In this document: positions 1 to 13,600 of the stretch, piece after piece | How positions within the stretch are numbered: the first letter of the stretch is position 1 | Layout of the letters: the number at the start of each line of letters is the position of its first letter | Notes under the pieces: model-generated | Told to the model about the DNA's origin: nothing | The model's database searches: none | Seen by the model: only the letters and a program-made list of their open reading frames with translations | DNA from: Picochlorum sp. SENEW3 | Taxonomy: Eukaryota | DNA length: 64,000 nucleotides | Reading direction: 5' to 3' | Assembly (NCBI GenBank): GCA_034226945.1 | Contig: CP120455.1 | Span: 124,001 to 188,000 of the forward strand | Program-made: the position numbers and the translations under genes

Positions 1-3000
1 GGGAGGGAAAAGAGCATGCCGCCGTTGAAACCACGCAATGGGATGAGCTGAACAAGAGGTTTGAATACTGTCCGTCTCCAGAGTTTGCTGAGATGCTCGA
101 CATGAAGTGTCATAGCCATAAGAGTGTCTACGAATACCTTGATCTATTTTTACACCCCGAAAAATATACGGAAGTTTCAGCGGCCGAAGGAGTCGATGCT
201 GGAAAGAAGGAAAAGTCTCCTGCTGAGGCAAAGAAGAGGAAGAGGCCAGTGGCTGGGAACGATACCAAAAGTTCTGGGAAGGGCAACGGTGTGAAGGAAT
301 CAATGGCGAAAAAGAAGGCGACTGGAGGCAAAAAGGAGGTGAAACGAGGTGGGGCGAAAAAGCCTGGCGACCTGTTGAAGAATGTCTCAAAGGAACTGGC
401 AACATTACAGGCAACGTATGGAATCAGATACGCCCTCACTGTGATTGGTCCCCATGGCGATGTGAAAGTGATATCTTCACCAACTGTAGAAAAGATTGAT
501 ATAGATCCGCACGAGATGGAGGGATTTTCCTATCCTCAAAAGTTGAACATGCTGTCTGATGCAGTGCTTGGTGCGACTGAGGAGATGGAGAAACAGGAGA
601 ATAACGCTGCTAATGAGGATGAGAAGGCGTCTGTGCTCGCTTCAGATGGAGTCCAGGAAGAAGAAGAAGAACTTCTAGAAACTACGGATAATAAAGTATT
701 TGAAACACATGGCGAAGAAGAAAATAATAAAGATGCCGTCAGTATGGATACTTTTCAGGGTGACCTGCTGAGTGGACTCAAGACCTTGGTGTCGTTCGTG
801 AAAGAGTCAGAAGACTCCCAGTATCTACCTGGTTCGTTTTGGAGAAGAGATCCATTTCCTTCTATAGCGCTGCAGAATGCGAGGGAGCGCTTGGAGATTG
901 CATCAGATGTTGGGCAGCTCAGGGATATTGAGCGAGTGAAGCACTTTTTGATGATTGAGCATAAGAAAAGTACGGCAAAGGCTAACGGTGATCTCAAAGT
1001 CTATAGAAGTACTCCTCCAGCATGTAGTGCAAATGATTTTGTGATTGCTCCTGTGTGGGGTATTGACACATACACAAGGGGCTTGTTTGACCTGGCCCTG
1101 GCCTCCTGCCAATCGGGAATTTTGTCCCGAGAGAAGAGAAACCAGTTCTTCACAAAATACTTTTTGCCTTGTCTGAATAAATTAGAGTATCATGGGTGGG
1201 ATACGCTAAAAGCACTAGAAACAATAAGCGAGGATTCAAATGTTCCCGAAGAATTCACTTTGGCTGCCAGGGATGCAATGCACATTCTTCAGAAATTGGA
1301 GGAAACGGGTGGTACTGGCATTGAAGGGAGAAGGCATCAACCCTTGCGACCAAGTGGTAGAAAGTTTTCTAGAAGTCATCCGAAAGGAGATGGTGTCATC
1401 TTGCGGCGCGAAGAAGGGTTGAAGAACAATACCTTTATCGGAGAGTATGTGGGAGATTTGTACACATCATGGAGATTTTTTGAAAAGGACTCCTCGAAAA
1501 TGTCCAGAACCAATACCAAGTCTCAGTCTATTATAAATACGTATACTATGACTCTGGAACGTCCAAATGTCGATAAAAATGGGTACTCTGTCCTGTACAT
1601 TGACGTAGGTGCCCTCATGTTTTGTTTCTTGTGCACATGATTGAAATCCTTGATGGCTTCTTGTATATTCTGCAGGCGACGCAATCAGGCAATTTTATGA
1701 GTCGGATCAATCATTCTTGTGATCCTAATTGCGAGATGAAGCCGTTTGTGGTCAATAATGAACTGAAAATAGGTGTGTGGTCAGTCAGGGATATCGAGGA
1801 TGGCGAAGAGCTGACAATTGATTTCAGAATAAAGGGGGATTTCGAAAGGGAACTGCAGTCCCTAACATGTTTATGTGGCACTGAACACTGTGAGAAAAAC
1901 TTTGTCAACATGGCGAGCATCTCGCATCCAATAAATTCTGTTGTCTCGGAGAAATATTCAATTCTAGAGAGAACCAAAATCATTTTGGAATGTGGCACAA
2001 GCGGTCTCACGCGGAACGATTCAGCTCGCCTGGAGAGACATGGTTTCAAAGATATGATATTGAATGATGAACCGCAGTCAAGTCTTATGTTCCCGTTGCC
2101 CAAATGGCTAAAGGCGTGGGCTTCTCAGACTCTAAAGTTTATCGAGGAAGAGTCAGTTGACTTGAAAACGATTCTCCACGATTCAGAAAAAAATCCGGAA
2201 TCCATTGGATTTTCAGAGGTAGATATTAAGCGTCTTGCAACGTCTCGGGTGAAAATGCTTTGCGTTGCCCTTGACAAGGCTCGATTTTTTCTCAGCAACC
2301 AAGCAAAGGAATCGTCGTCAGAGCCTCCATTGGTTACCCTGGATAATCATCAAGTGATCGAGCATTTATGGACAGGAACACATTCAATCGCTGCAAGAGC
2401 AATAAAAGTCTTGGAATATTACATGGGATCCCTTGCATCCTCGGCAATTGGCTCCAAACGGTCTTCCAGGCAAAATGTGGACCAAAAGGAAAAGGCACCG
2501 TGGTGGCAAGTTGCAACCAATGGAGATTCTGGGAAAGGGGGCAAAAGCACATCCGATACAAACGACAGCTCTTCAAAAGATATGACATATCTTCCCATAG
2601 AAGATGTCTTATCGGAAATGAAACAACTTCTGAAAGACGAGTCACCTCAAACCATCCCATCCGCTCAAAAGGCACTGCGCAAGATGGCAGATATTGTTGC
2701 CAAAGGGGGTCCACTTCATGCAGGGCTTCACGATGTTCTGCAATTATACTCGCATACAACAAACTTCTTCTCTCAAACGGAGTTCAAGCCATTCAAACCA
2801 TATCTTGCAGACGGGAGCATTGGAACACGGTATCGCTCATCATTCATTTGGGGTCTCCTATGTGGCTGGTACAGAAATGCTGGTGATGTTGTGGATGCAC
2901 TATGCAACGATAGAAAAGGCGTCCTATGCCTGCCAGATATTGAATGCTGCTATTTACCAGCATTCACGAATGGAGAGTATGTAGTTAGTGGTGAACGTGG

Positions 3001-3193
3001 TGCCCTAATCTCCTTCCTACGAGGTGATGTCACAGCTGTATGGCCGAGAACTCTCACCAGCTTCACCTTTAAAATCTCCACAAAGTGCTTCGGAAGCCCA
3101 CAATTCGATCAAATTCTGTCTGGAAATGAAGGAAGCAAGACGTCTTTTTTGAGCGAGATTGCAGAGACTCTGGAACAATCTTTTGTGTCATAA
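1..3193 (+). CDS. SET-domain histone methyltransferase, SDG2/ATXR3-like (5' end probably outside the window; intron 1605-1675)
   Basis: The frame is open from base 3. Splicing GAC|gtaggt...ctgcag|GCG joins the two ORFs to give YTMTLERP..GYSVLYIDATQSGNFMSRINHSCDPNC, then ELTIDF and post-SET CLCGTEHC. WGIDTYT resembles the ATXR3 YGIDPYT block. Confidence 0.85.
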
Positions 3194-3317
3194 CTTTGGG
3201 TTGATTCGTTTTTACACCATTATTTAATAATGTTTTACAGTGAACGAAAAAATGACATCTTGTTGAGCAGAATTGGTTGTAGAATCACCTGAATGAAAGA
3301 ATTAATTCAGCCATACG

Positions 3318-4683
3318 TTAAAACAATGAAACACTAGGATCCTTCTTGTAGAACACGATGTCTCCTTCGTCATCAACATAGTGATCCTTTCCAAACGACC
3401 TCACCAATGGTCCAATCAAGTGAGTTGGGAGTGGACCAGGAGATGGCTCTGGCTCTCTGTAATATTCACCCATGACTGGTTTCACAGCATCTGTAGCTTT
3501 GCACAAGTGGTAGTGAGGAATTTGTGGGAACAAATGATGCACCACATGTGTACCGATATCATGATGAATCTTGTTGAAAATTCCATAATCACGATCAATG
3601 GTGGACAGTCCTCCTCTCATGTAATTCCACTCATCATTTCTATACCATGGGATCTCTTCTTCTGGGTCGGATGGCCCATGATGATGAAGGTATGTCACAA
3701 CATCAAGCCAGACAACAAACATCCAGTATGGCAACACATACAACTTGAACATTGCCATTGGACCAAGTGCAAATGTGCACGCTGCCAAAATTCCAATGAA
3801 TCCCAACTGGAATGCGTTTGATGTCTTGATCATGTTTTCCTCTCCTGGCACAAACAAATCAGACTTTGGATCAAAGTGAGATCCATTCTTCCCTGGGGAG
3901 CGGTTGAAGAGGTAGAATGGGTAGGCAAACAATGGCATTGGGAACAAGAGGCGACCCAACTTGGCAAGTTTGTCCATGCCAGTCAACTGGCTCTTTGACA
4001 CTGGAGTCCAAGACTCGTCATTCTCCACATGGCCATGGTTGGCATGATGGGTTCTATGGCTAATCCTCCATCCGTGATATGGCACCATGATGGACGAGTG
4101 CACAATGTTTCCAACAAAATCATTCAGCGCCTTGTTTGAACTGAAACTCTGGTGTCCACAATCGTGTCCAACAACAAACAGAGCCCAGAACATTGTTCCT
4201 TGAGCGAACCAGTACAGAGGCCATACGAGTGGGTTGTTCAAAGCGTATGCTCCGTAGGCGAGGGCAGCCACAATACCGACATCCAGGGCAAGGTAGGCAA
4301 AGGATCTAAATACATTCTTCTCAAAACATTCTTTTGGAATAGCATCGCGCAAATCTTGAAGAGTGAATGGTGGGGCGTTGGCTAACTTTCTTCCACCCTG
4401 CATAACGAGAACAATCCGATCAAATATCTATCTCGACCGAGATCAAATCCCAAACCTAACAGACACATCCCAGGGCTCTACGCACCTCAAACACGGGCTT
4501 CTCTTCTGGTGAAATCTCCACTGGAGCCGCAACAGACACCAACCCAGTCTTAGAAATTCTGGAACGCAGGGAAGGGGCACTACTTCTCATAAATCCATAC
4601 GAGTTGCTGGCGCAACCAGAGCGCTGCATGACATGTTGGTGGCCAGAGACAGCCAAGGTCTTCTTCAATTGGAGAGAATACAT
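3318..4683 (-). CDS. FAD7: Plastid omega-3 fatty acid desaturase (exons 4683-4486, 4397-3318)
   Basis: His boxes HDCGH, HRTHH, HVVHH and the HGHVENDESW motif. Exon 1 is transit-peptide-like; intron GAG|gtgcgt...atgcag|GGT. Confidence 0.92.
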
Positions 4684-5019
4684 ACTGGCAATGATCTCTG
4701 TTAATAAAATAATCCGGTACGTCAAAATCGAATGAATAGAAAGAATCAAATAAATTGTTCAGGTGCCTGTGTGTGAGGACAGGGCTAATGCAATCCATCC
4801 AGCTAACATCCATGGATGAGGTTGCCCTCATCGGTCGACTGTTTCCTCCAGTGGGGTCTCCACACCAATAACAATCGGTCCCACAGATGCTCACTGTTGA
4901 TGGGACATGTCCAGCATTCCAATCGACACAAGATGTACCTATTTCCATGGCTCACACGCCCGCATTATCCCTAAATCAAACAATTTTGGCTTTTTTATTC
5001 AACATAGTGCTGCCTTAGT

Positions 5020-5499
5020 ATGTCTATGGGAATCATGGGACAGGTCTTGCAGACCAGGACATGTCAACCACACGCACTTGGAGGCAGGACCTCGGTGATT
5101 CAGCAGAATGGAATGATCAGCTCTCGCACTGGGAGTTTTAGGAATAAGAATCAAATTCTGTCACCAGTGAAGCATGAGAGATTGGTGGTGGTGAAATCAG
5201 GACTGGTAGAGCACATGGTCCAGCACCACCAGGTGGTCTTGGGGGCTCTGGAGGTGGATTGGTCGGATCCTGATGTTCAGATTGGCGCTTTTGGTGCATT
5301 CTTGGGTATTGTCATGGGTATTGGAGTCCCTATCTTTTACATAAGCCGTGATGAGAGGGATGAAGAGAGGCTGGAAGAGCTGAGGTCGTTGAATAGAGCC
5401 ACAAAGGAGGCCACTGGCGAGTACATGACGGATGAGGAGATTAATGAGATTCGACCAGCTCGCTGGACTGACCGAAGAGAGTTTGTGGATGATGATTAA
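5020..5499 (+). CDS. Small plastid-targeted single-TM protein of unknown function
   Basis: Transit-like N-terminus, hydrophobic IGAFGAFLGIVMGIGVPIFY and a charged C-terminus; TGTAA at ~5523. Confidence 0.7.
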   Translation: MSMGIMGQVLQTRTCQPHALGGRTSVIQQNGMISSRTGSFRNKNQILSPVKHERLVVVKSGLVEHMVQHHQVVLGALEVDWSDPDVQIGAFGAFLGIVMGIGVPIFYISRDERDEERLEELRSLNRATKEATGEYMTDEEINEIRPARWTDRREFVDDD

Positions 5500-5548
5500 G
5501 TGAATGATAGTCAATATATATATGTAAACGAATATAAATATTCTGAGA

Positions 5549-6901
5549 TTATTCAATGTCGTCAAAGAGTGGGCTTCGAGCAATTTCTGATATTTCTTGT
5601 TTGACTGATCGTCTGGAGGTTCTTCTATGGCTTTTTGTGTCTAGCCTGGCCTCTTCCCGCAGAGCTCCACCGGCTGCTCTCTTGTGCCGTACATTGCCTT
5701 CTCGACGACGTTTGGATATTGCTCTCTTGGCCTGGATCTGCTCCAGTTCCTCCAAGTCATGAAGGATTTCAGTGTATGATTCATATCGCTCCCAGTCTCC
5801 CCTGACAATGCAACCTGGCTCTGAAATATGCTTGCAGTTTTTGAATGCACACCCGGTATCATTAGAGGAAAGAATGGTACGTATTTCTGGGAAACAGCGC
5901 TCCAAGTCATGCGGGGGGAAATTCAGAGTCGGTTGGTTGAAACCAGGTGTGTCTACCAAGGCACCCCCCTGAGACATTTGTATTATTGTGACATTTCTGG
6001 TCGTGTGCTTTCCCCGCCCAATTCGTTCTGATACGTTACCTACAGCCTGTAAATCTAAATCCTCGGTGTCGTTCTTCTCATCGAGAGATCGAAGGGATAA
6101 GGCATTGATGATGGAACTCTTCCCAGCTCCTGATGGGCCTGCGACAACAGTGACATCTCCCTTGAGTCTATCCTCCAGGAGATCGAGCCCTTTACTTTTC
6201 TTCACGCTGATAGGAATACAGTCATATCCCCAAGCATTTATTCTTTCAATTTCTTTCTCGACATCGCCCTGAGCAACCAGATCGCTCTTATTGAGCACAA
6301 CAATGATGGGTAGCCCAGCATGCTCTGCTGCAACGAGGTACCTGGTTGCAGAGGAGGGCAGAAACGGAGGCATGGAGAGGGAAAACACCAACATCACTTT
6401 CGTGATATTTGCTACTGGAGGTTCATCTAATTTTGACGTGCGAGGAAGCACGTCCTCGACCATACCTCTTCCATCCGCCCAGTCAATCCCAACCACCCGT
6501 ACCCTGTCGCCAACAAGGACATGCCTCTTCATCTTTTTGAGCAACGCTCTCACCACACACAAGAGCCTATCTTTTGGAGGATTTGGTTCACCGTCCTCTG
6601 GCTCCACTGTAACCCGAACAAAATTCGCCTGGGCAGAGATGACCCTTCCAAGTATACTATCTGGCCCTGGTGGAGTACTCTTCTTCTCAACAGTATCCGG
6701 CGATGAGCCATCTGATCCCATGCACAGTGTCCGCGTCTGCTGAATACCATCAGATACATCTGTTGCCTTCCACCACCAAGGCCTCCATGGCGCTGCCAAC
6801 CTCACAGCAGGACTTTGACTTGCTCTCAGTCCTTGGAAAGAAGAGAGGCAAAACGTTGCCATTTGATACCGTATGCGATACATATCACTCGTATGGTTCA
6901 T
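5549..6901 (-). CDS. rsgA: Ribosome small subunit-dependent GTPase RsgA/YjeQ (organellar)
   Basis: Circularly permuted G motifs NKSD, GPSGAGKSS, GKHTTR, DTPGF; N-terminal OB fold (VGDRV); zinc motif CAFKNCKHISEPGC. Confidence 0.93.
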   Translation of the reverse strand: MNHTSDMYRIRYQMATFCLSSFQGLRASQSPAVRLAAPWRPWWWKATDVSDGIQQTRTLCMGSDGSSPDTVEKKSTPPGPDSILGRVISAQANFVRVTVEPEDGEPNPPKDRLLCVVRALLKKMKRHVLVGDRVRVVGIDWADGRGMVEDVLPRTSKLDEPPVANITKVMLVFSLSMPPFLPSSATRYLVAAEHAGLPIIVVLNKSDLVAQGDVEKEIERINAWGYDCIPISVKKSKGLDLLEDRLKGDVTVVAGPSGAGKSSIINALSLRSLDEKNDTEDLDLQAVGNVSERIGRGKHTTRNVTIIQMSQGGALVDTPGFNQPTLNFPPHDLERCFPEIRTILSSNDTGCAFKNCKHISEPGCIVRGDWERYESYTEILHDLEELEQIQAKRAISKRRREGNVRHKRAAGGALREEARLDTKSHRRTSRRSVKQEISEIARSPLFDDIE

Positions 6902-7046
6902 TGGTATTTCATATTAGCTAATTGGATGGATTGAGGCATGAAAAACCAATGATACTGCGCGAGTGAGGAAATTACGAGTGTAGGCCATGCAATTGGTTCA
7001 AAGGCATTCAACCCCGCAGAAAACGCATATTACAGATTTATATATA

Positions 7047-10000
7047 TTATGCAATAATTTTTCCACATTCTCCTACACGGAGTCGATGGACAGTCTGATC
7101 TCCCTGCCTTTGACAGAAGATTTCACCCGTCTCTGCCACCACCACTTGTACAGTGAAGATTGTTCCCTTGTTATTACCGACAAGGGCACGTACGGAATCG
7201 CCAGCAGCAACTGTAGCAAGGGAGAGCTGATCGATACCGGTAGAAATGGTTTTGCCATTGGAGTCGACTTCTGCACGGCCATCATCTTTGATGCTTTTCA
7301 CAACACCCTGGGTACCATCCTGCATTGTGATGACGAGGTCAATCCACTCTTTGGCACTGCAATTGGCAGCTGGTCCTTTCAAAGATGCACTAGTATATGT
7401 TCCACCTCCTAAATCTACGCCTGCAGTATCTGATCCGAAGCCAGGGTGTGCTGGGGTGGCTGCCCAGGCAGGGTCATATGCAGGTGTCTTTGTGACCTCT
7501 CTGCCAGGAGTCATGCCAGGGTACATGGGTGTGGCTGATCCCATTGCGCTGTAGTGTGCTGGTGTGGCTGTCACACCTGCTGACCAGTGGGCTGGAGTCA
7601 TTCCACCAGGAGCCATTCCCATTCCCATTCCCATACCCATGGCTTGTCTGGGAGGCTGGGCGACAATGCCCCCATCCTGAGATGAGAGGTGCGCTCTGGA
7701 AACAGTCACTGTTTGCATTCTGGCTTCGAGTTCCACACGCACGTGACTACCTGTAGCGCTCTTAATAGTGCCACGCATGCCTCTGTAAGGGCCCTTCTTA
7801 ATGTCCACCTTTTTCCCTTCCAAAAGTTTGTCATGCTGTGTTGAGAGTCGGCCCGTGTATCCTCCATTCGCAGGTCCCCCGAATCTTCCTCCAGGGCCTC
7901 CGTCGCCATGGTGCGCTGGAGATGCCAAAACATTTGTTGGACCATACGGGTTTGGGGTGGCAAGGTTTCTGGCTGGGGTTGCAAGTGCACCCATTCCAGT
8001 TGCTCCTGCAATCCGTTTACCTCCTCTAACTTTGGCTTGCCTTGCTTGAACACACAGAAATCCTCCATTTTCTTGAATATCTCGAGACTGAATAAACAAT
8101 GATCCCCTCATAATGTGCTTCACTGTCCCGCTCTTCCCTCTCAGAGGACCTTCAATCACCTCAACAATGTCACCTTGGTGCACTTCATTTCTGGTTCCAT
8201 CAATTGCTGATGCTCGCTTGTTCACAATCTTCCTTTTCATATCGGGCAACCGACAGACTTGAACGTCAGGTGCATCTGGTCTGCCTTGATTGGTCAACAC
8301 CCTGCAGCTGTCCTTGTCAACACCAACAATCACACCAACTGTCTGAGCATCAAGCACAACGAGATCAAAGAGCTCGTAGTCCCCGATGGTATCCAAGGTG
8401 GTGGCCACCGCTACTGCTTGTGTGATATCTCTGATGAAAACTCTGATGTCTTCACGTGTGGCATCCGTCACAATGTGGCAAACAGTATCATCAACACTGA
8501 CAACCATACCAGTCTGTCCCTTGTGGCTTCCATGGATTACTTTCACATGCGCACCAACTTCCACATATTTCCTAATCTCCTTTGGGTTAAAACTAATGGG
8601 CTCAATGCCAGCTAAAGCTGAGTCATTCAATTGAACCATAATTTGTCCATCATCAGTCACCCGAACAACTGTTCCCTTGACTCCCTGCAATTCACCCTGC
8701 TTCACCTCTACATTATCTCGAGCGGCAAACGTCACAGCTCCCGAATCAATATCAAAGCCTTTCAACAGATCTGTCACGTCTTCGTTTGCTTTGTCACCTT
8801 GCGAAGCTGCATCGAAGCGTTGCAGCTCATCTAATGGAGGTGCAGATGTCTCTACACTGATTGTCTTCAGGGCGACAGACTTGATCAAATATCCACCGCT
8901 GAAACGCTGATTATTACCCAAAACGTACTGCATCTCTCCACTGTATCTATCTCGCTGCTGCATTATATCCAAATTGAAAGCTCGAGCTTCTTCAGGGATG
9001 AAAGGCTTTGGCAGAGGTCTTGATTTGTTTGCTCTCTTGGGAACCTCTCCACCTCTCGCCTTTGCTGCTTTTCTCGCGGCCATGACAGCCAAATCTAAGC
9101 GCGGGACAAGTTTAACAGTCGCCCGCCCTTCATTAATGTCGACATATTCGACCCTTGCCAAGTCCCCCTTGTAGAGTCCAGACTTCATTCTGACCCAGGA
9201 GCCAGGAGCCACAGCTTTCCTTGATGGCTTGATATATGTTATCGCTGTCACCATTTCCTCAATAGGTACTAATTTGGGTTTCTTTGAGAAATATACCGAT
9301 CGAAGACCGGACAGTGCCTTGAGGACATGTGATTCACTTCTGGCCTCGACATAAATAAAACCTTTGAGATTATCTTTGCAGAATGCAGACTTGATCAACA
9401 ACGGAGTTCCCTTTGAAGCATAATCATAGCATTTTTGCATCAAGCGGACAATAATGTCCCTCTCAGCCCCATCCGCACACCGAATCACCCATAGTTTAGG
9501 ATCACTCCTCGTGGGCATCAAAGCCTGCTGTAGTACAGCTTGGTCAGTCTCATCAATGTCACCCGCAGCATACGCCGCCGTTCGCTCTTTGCTGTACCGC
9601 TCCGCCAAATACTTTTTCAGCTCTTCTGGGTCAATTTCTTCATCTTTACGCGCCTGCATCTCGGCCTCACGCATCGCCTGCCTCACCTCTGCCATGTCCT
9701 GGGCTGTTGGTGCCTCGCCAGCATCATCAATCAAGTCATCCACCCCTTCCTCATCTTCGTCTTCATCTTCATCCTCATCATCCACATCAGCAATATCATC
9801 GATAAAACGGCTCCTTTTCTTCCTCGCATCTTCCTCATCTTCCTCAGCTGCATCATCAACAAATATATTCCTTCTCTTCTTCTGCTTCAACTTCTTCTTC
9901 TTCTTCTCCTCCTCCTTTGCAGTCATCTCTTCCTCGTCATCCACATCATCTTCTAGATCATCATCCTCCACGTCATCCTCCAAATCCGCAGCATTCTGCA

Positions 10001-10232
10001 AGACGTGTTTAGATGAACCTCGTCAGAAAACACACAACCTGAGCCAGTTCCATCACATACAACGTACCAAACCCACAAATCCCTCGTTAGTATTATTCAC
10101 GTCATCCTCCGCCACCGCAGCCCCTTCAGGGCTGTCATCCTGTGGAGAATTCTGCTCCGCATGGACAACTTCCTGTCCTGGAGCCCCACTCTCACCTTGT
10201 CCCGCAGGTCCAGTCCCTCCTTCCTCAACCAT
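7047..10232 (-). CDS. SPT5: Transcription elongation factor SPT5 (exons 10232-10068, 9995-7047)
   Basis: Acidic N-terminus, NGN domain (DPKLW..KGFIYVEA), multiple KOW motifs (SGLYKGDLA, GPLRGKSG, KGPYRG) and TPAH/TPAY C-terminal repeats. Confidence 0.95.
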
Positions 10233-10646
10233 GGTACTATAATATTGATGTAATGCGATTGTAAAGACACGCAAGTCCCCGACCGTCAAAATTGCGCGAC
10301 TCTTTGCGCAAAAGCGACAGCCCCTCTAAGACTCCAACACCAGGGTATGGCGCACAATTGCACAACTATTACTAGTATTAATAAAGTTTATTGGGTCGGT
10401 ACCTGGGTGCATGGAGCAGTTCTAGACAAAAATCTCCCAAAATCCCGAATTAGTCTGGATCAGTTTGACCTCTCTCGGATTCTCATGGAACATATTGAGT
10501 ATCCATGCTGGTATGGGTTATTTCTTAATGATCAGATGGTAGCAATTAATCAATATTTGTATAGTACGTGGGTGGACGTTGTCATGCGCACGTGATTCAT
10601 TTTGAATAATTTTCAAACTCGAACTTCGCCTGAGAGTCTGTGCACG

Positions 10647-13600
10647 ATGGAATCGTTGGATCTAAAGAAGATGACTGGGCAGGATACCCAATATAATGTG
10701 AAAGTAGAGGCACGGACGAGGACAAGGGCATGTTCCAGTCGACAGAAGGCGAGCGGGAACCCAGAGCCCAGTCTCCCGAGCTCGAGCGAGATTTCTGCTC
10801 AGGTGAAAAGGATTGGGAAACAGCTTTTGGGAATGTCAAAGTCTGCTGTTATGAAAAAGGATAATAGTATCGGTCTGATTCGAACGTTGGCAGGGTTGCT
10901 CCGGTCGAGTTCCCAACGGTCTACAGAGGTGAAGCGGGCCATGGGTGATTTTGTCAAGTTTTTGGGTGTTTCGGACATTCTCAAGCATCGAGATAGAGAG
11001 ATGAAGCTCTATGTTTCAGTCTGTAGTGTGCATGTGCTGAGATTGCATGCTCCTGATACTCCGTTCAGTGATGAGACGTTGGCATTGGTGTTTCATGTGT
11101 TTATCAATGCGATCAAGGGGTTGAGCGATATTGCGTCTCCTTTCTTCGACGATTCTCTGGACTTATTAAAGATAGCGTCAAAGATCAAATGCTGTCTGTT
11201 AATGCTTGATCTAGAGCAGGCTGATTCCTTGTTGTTGGAATTGTGCAGCACCATGTTTGGGGTTGTGAATAGTGACAATTATGAGGACATTGTGGAGCCA
11301 GCGCTAGATTTGGTTTCTACCTTGGTGGATGAAAGTGATATGATATCGCAATCCTTGCTGGATTGTATTCTGGGGAATTTAGCGCCATCTTGTCTGGGAC
11401 CAGAAGGTGAAGAAGTGTCACAGAGTGCACAGATGTTTGCATGGGGGCTTTTAAAGCGGTCGAGAGAATCGATGCAGCCACACGTGCAGAGGTTTCTGAC
11501 GCAACTGTTGGATGGGGTGAGGACTGATAGCGATCTCGTCGGAAACCCGAGTCAATTGGTTCTTCGGGTTCATGAGGCATCACCACAGATTATGCTTCCT
11601 GTGATGCCGCACCTGCAGCCAAGTTTGCATGTCGAGTCTGAAGAACGGCGATTAGATGGGGTGGATCTGATTTGTAAATTATTGACCCAGGATAAAGCAA
11701 ATCATTTGACATCGGATTATCCTCAACTTGTGGAAGCTGTTTTGGGACGTCTGAATGACAGGTCTACATCGGTTCGACTGCGTGTGCTTCAGCATGCCCA
11801 CGGTCTCGTATCAAGTTTACCGTCATTTCATCAGAAGAGTGCAGTTGTACGGGGAACTGTGCAACGCCTCCAAGATCCGGATGAAAAGGTGCGACTGGCA
11901 GCAGCTGTGGCGTTTTGCAACATAGCTGGAGAATATCCAGAGATGGTGGAAGATGGCTCGTCGTACGATGCCTTGGTCAGCCGTCTGTGGGATAAAAAGA
12001 TATCTGTGAGGAAAAAGGTAGCTTCTTGTATTGGAAAGCTCATCAAACAGTGGAGCGCAGCCTGTGAGGATAGTGAAGCATATTCTGTGGGTAATAATAA
12101 GAAGAGGTTGATCGAGTTTATCATCGGACTCTGCAAATTAACAAAGACCGCTGACCCAGAGCTTTCTGCATTTATCGAAGATAATGTCTTCAAAAATGGT
12201 GTGTTATCAGCACAATTTGCCCCATCCAAGGCATCTTTGTGGTGGGCAGTGTTGTGGTCTGAAACCCAGGAGCAGGGAAAACAATCAATCATAGATTTGT
12301 TGAAAACCAAATGCACACTCCAGGAAAATATGACTGCTTTGTTGAATCTTCGGCTCGAATCAAAGGCAGAAAGAACGACGCGTACATCGATTCATGGCTT
12401 GTCTCATGTGGGAGACACGTCTGCTGAGATGATGCCTCCAAAGATGACTGCAGCAGAACGTCTTGCTCGGAAAGTCAAACAGACAGCATCCTCGCTGAAA
12501 CATCTCCAGAAGCCAGAGGAATCTCTAGAGAAAATATTTGGTATGAAAGACAATAATATCTTTAGGAATCTTGGTACCATGGCAACTCTTGGGACTAATT
12601 TTGCAACAGCTGCAGCAGCAGCAAAAGAGCTGCAGTCAAGGCTGGGAAGCAGGGGTCCAACAGCTGAATTGGGCCAAGCGCTCTCTGCTCGAATGTGCCC
12701 TACTTTGATTTCTCCTGATGTTTTGAATGCATCTTTGAAGCAAGCATCTGAAAGTAGCAAAGGTATGGTATTGCAATGGAATGTCGAATGCATCATTTCA
12801 GCTTCTTACATTGATTTTGTATTGCTGCAGAATATACATTCGTACTGGAACTGTCAAGAGCAGAGCCACGCATTTTTGTAGGATGTTTTGATACTTTGAA
12901 AGATATGCTTACGGGTGATGACGAATTAGCGGCCTGCCTTGCAGCAGAAGTGCTTGCCAATGCTGGGAAGTTCATCTTTACCTCTGATCAGGTCATTCTT
13001 AATCAACCAGCTGTAGAGAAGCTTGTGGCACTTTGCAACTGCGGCAGACCAAAAACAAGTAAATTTGCCTGCCAATCTTTGATGTATGCGACTCGATTCC
13101 ATGAAGATCGTAGTGCCATTTTAGATGGTGTATTCAAAGTATCATTAGGTGCCCTGAAGAGCCATGATATCTTTGATGATCACTCCATGCTCCTGTCACA
13201 CATGAAGGTCATTAGTACGATATCAAGAATGGACTTGCCGACTCTGGAACTTTATGCATCAACAATTTATCAACTTGTGATGCACAAATTCATGAAAATA
13301 GATCTCTCTAGGTGAGTGAATGTGTCAAAGTGAGTGAATATAGTTGCTGTTTTGATTGAACAAATGTCTGCATTTTTGCAGTGGAAAGCCATTGTCCAAG
13401 TCATCTAGCGACGAGCCCTCGTGGGGAAGACCGAGCCAAGATATAGAGATTAAAGCAGAATTGATAAAGACCTTGAGCCAAGCTCTCGTTCCTCTTGTAT
13501 GGACCAAAGAGCCGGCACCAATCTTGGTTAATGTGGTCAAACAGTTCAGCGAGGACTTGCAAGATTTAACGGATATGGATACCTCTGCCCCTCAGTTCGA

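Noticed and set aside
7612..7640. (CCCATT)n short repeat
   Set aside because: It encodes the MGMGMG low-complexity stretch in SPT5; it is not telomeric or CRISPR-like.
9454..10242. 262-aa Ser-rich ORF on the + strand
   Set aside because: It is the antisense shadow of the acidic SPT5 N-terminus. The same applies to most short overlapping ORFs in the track.
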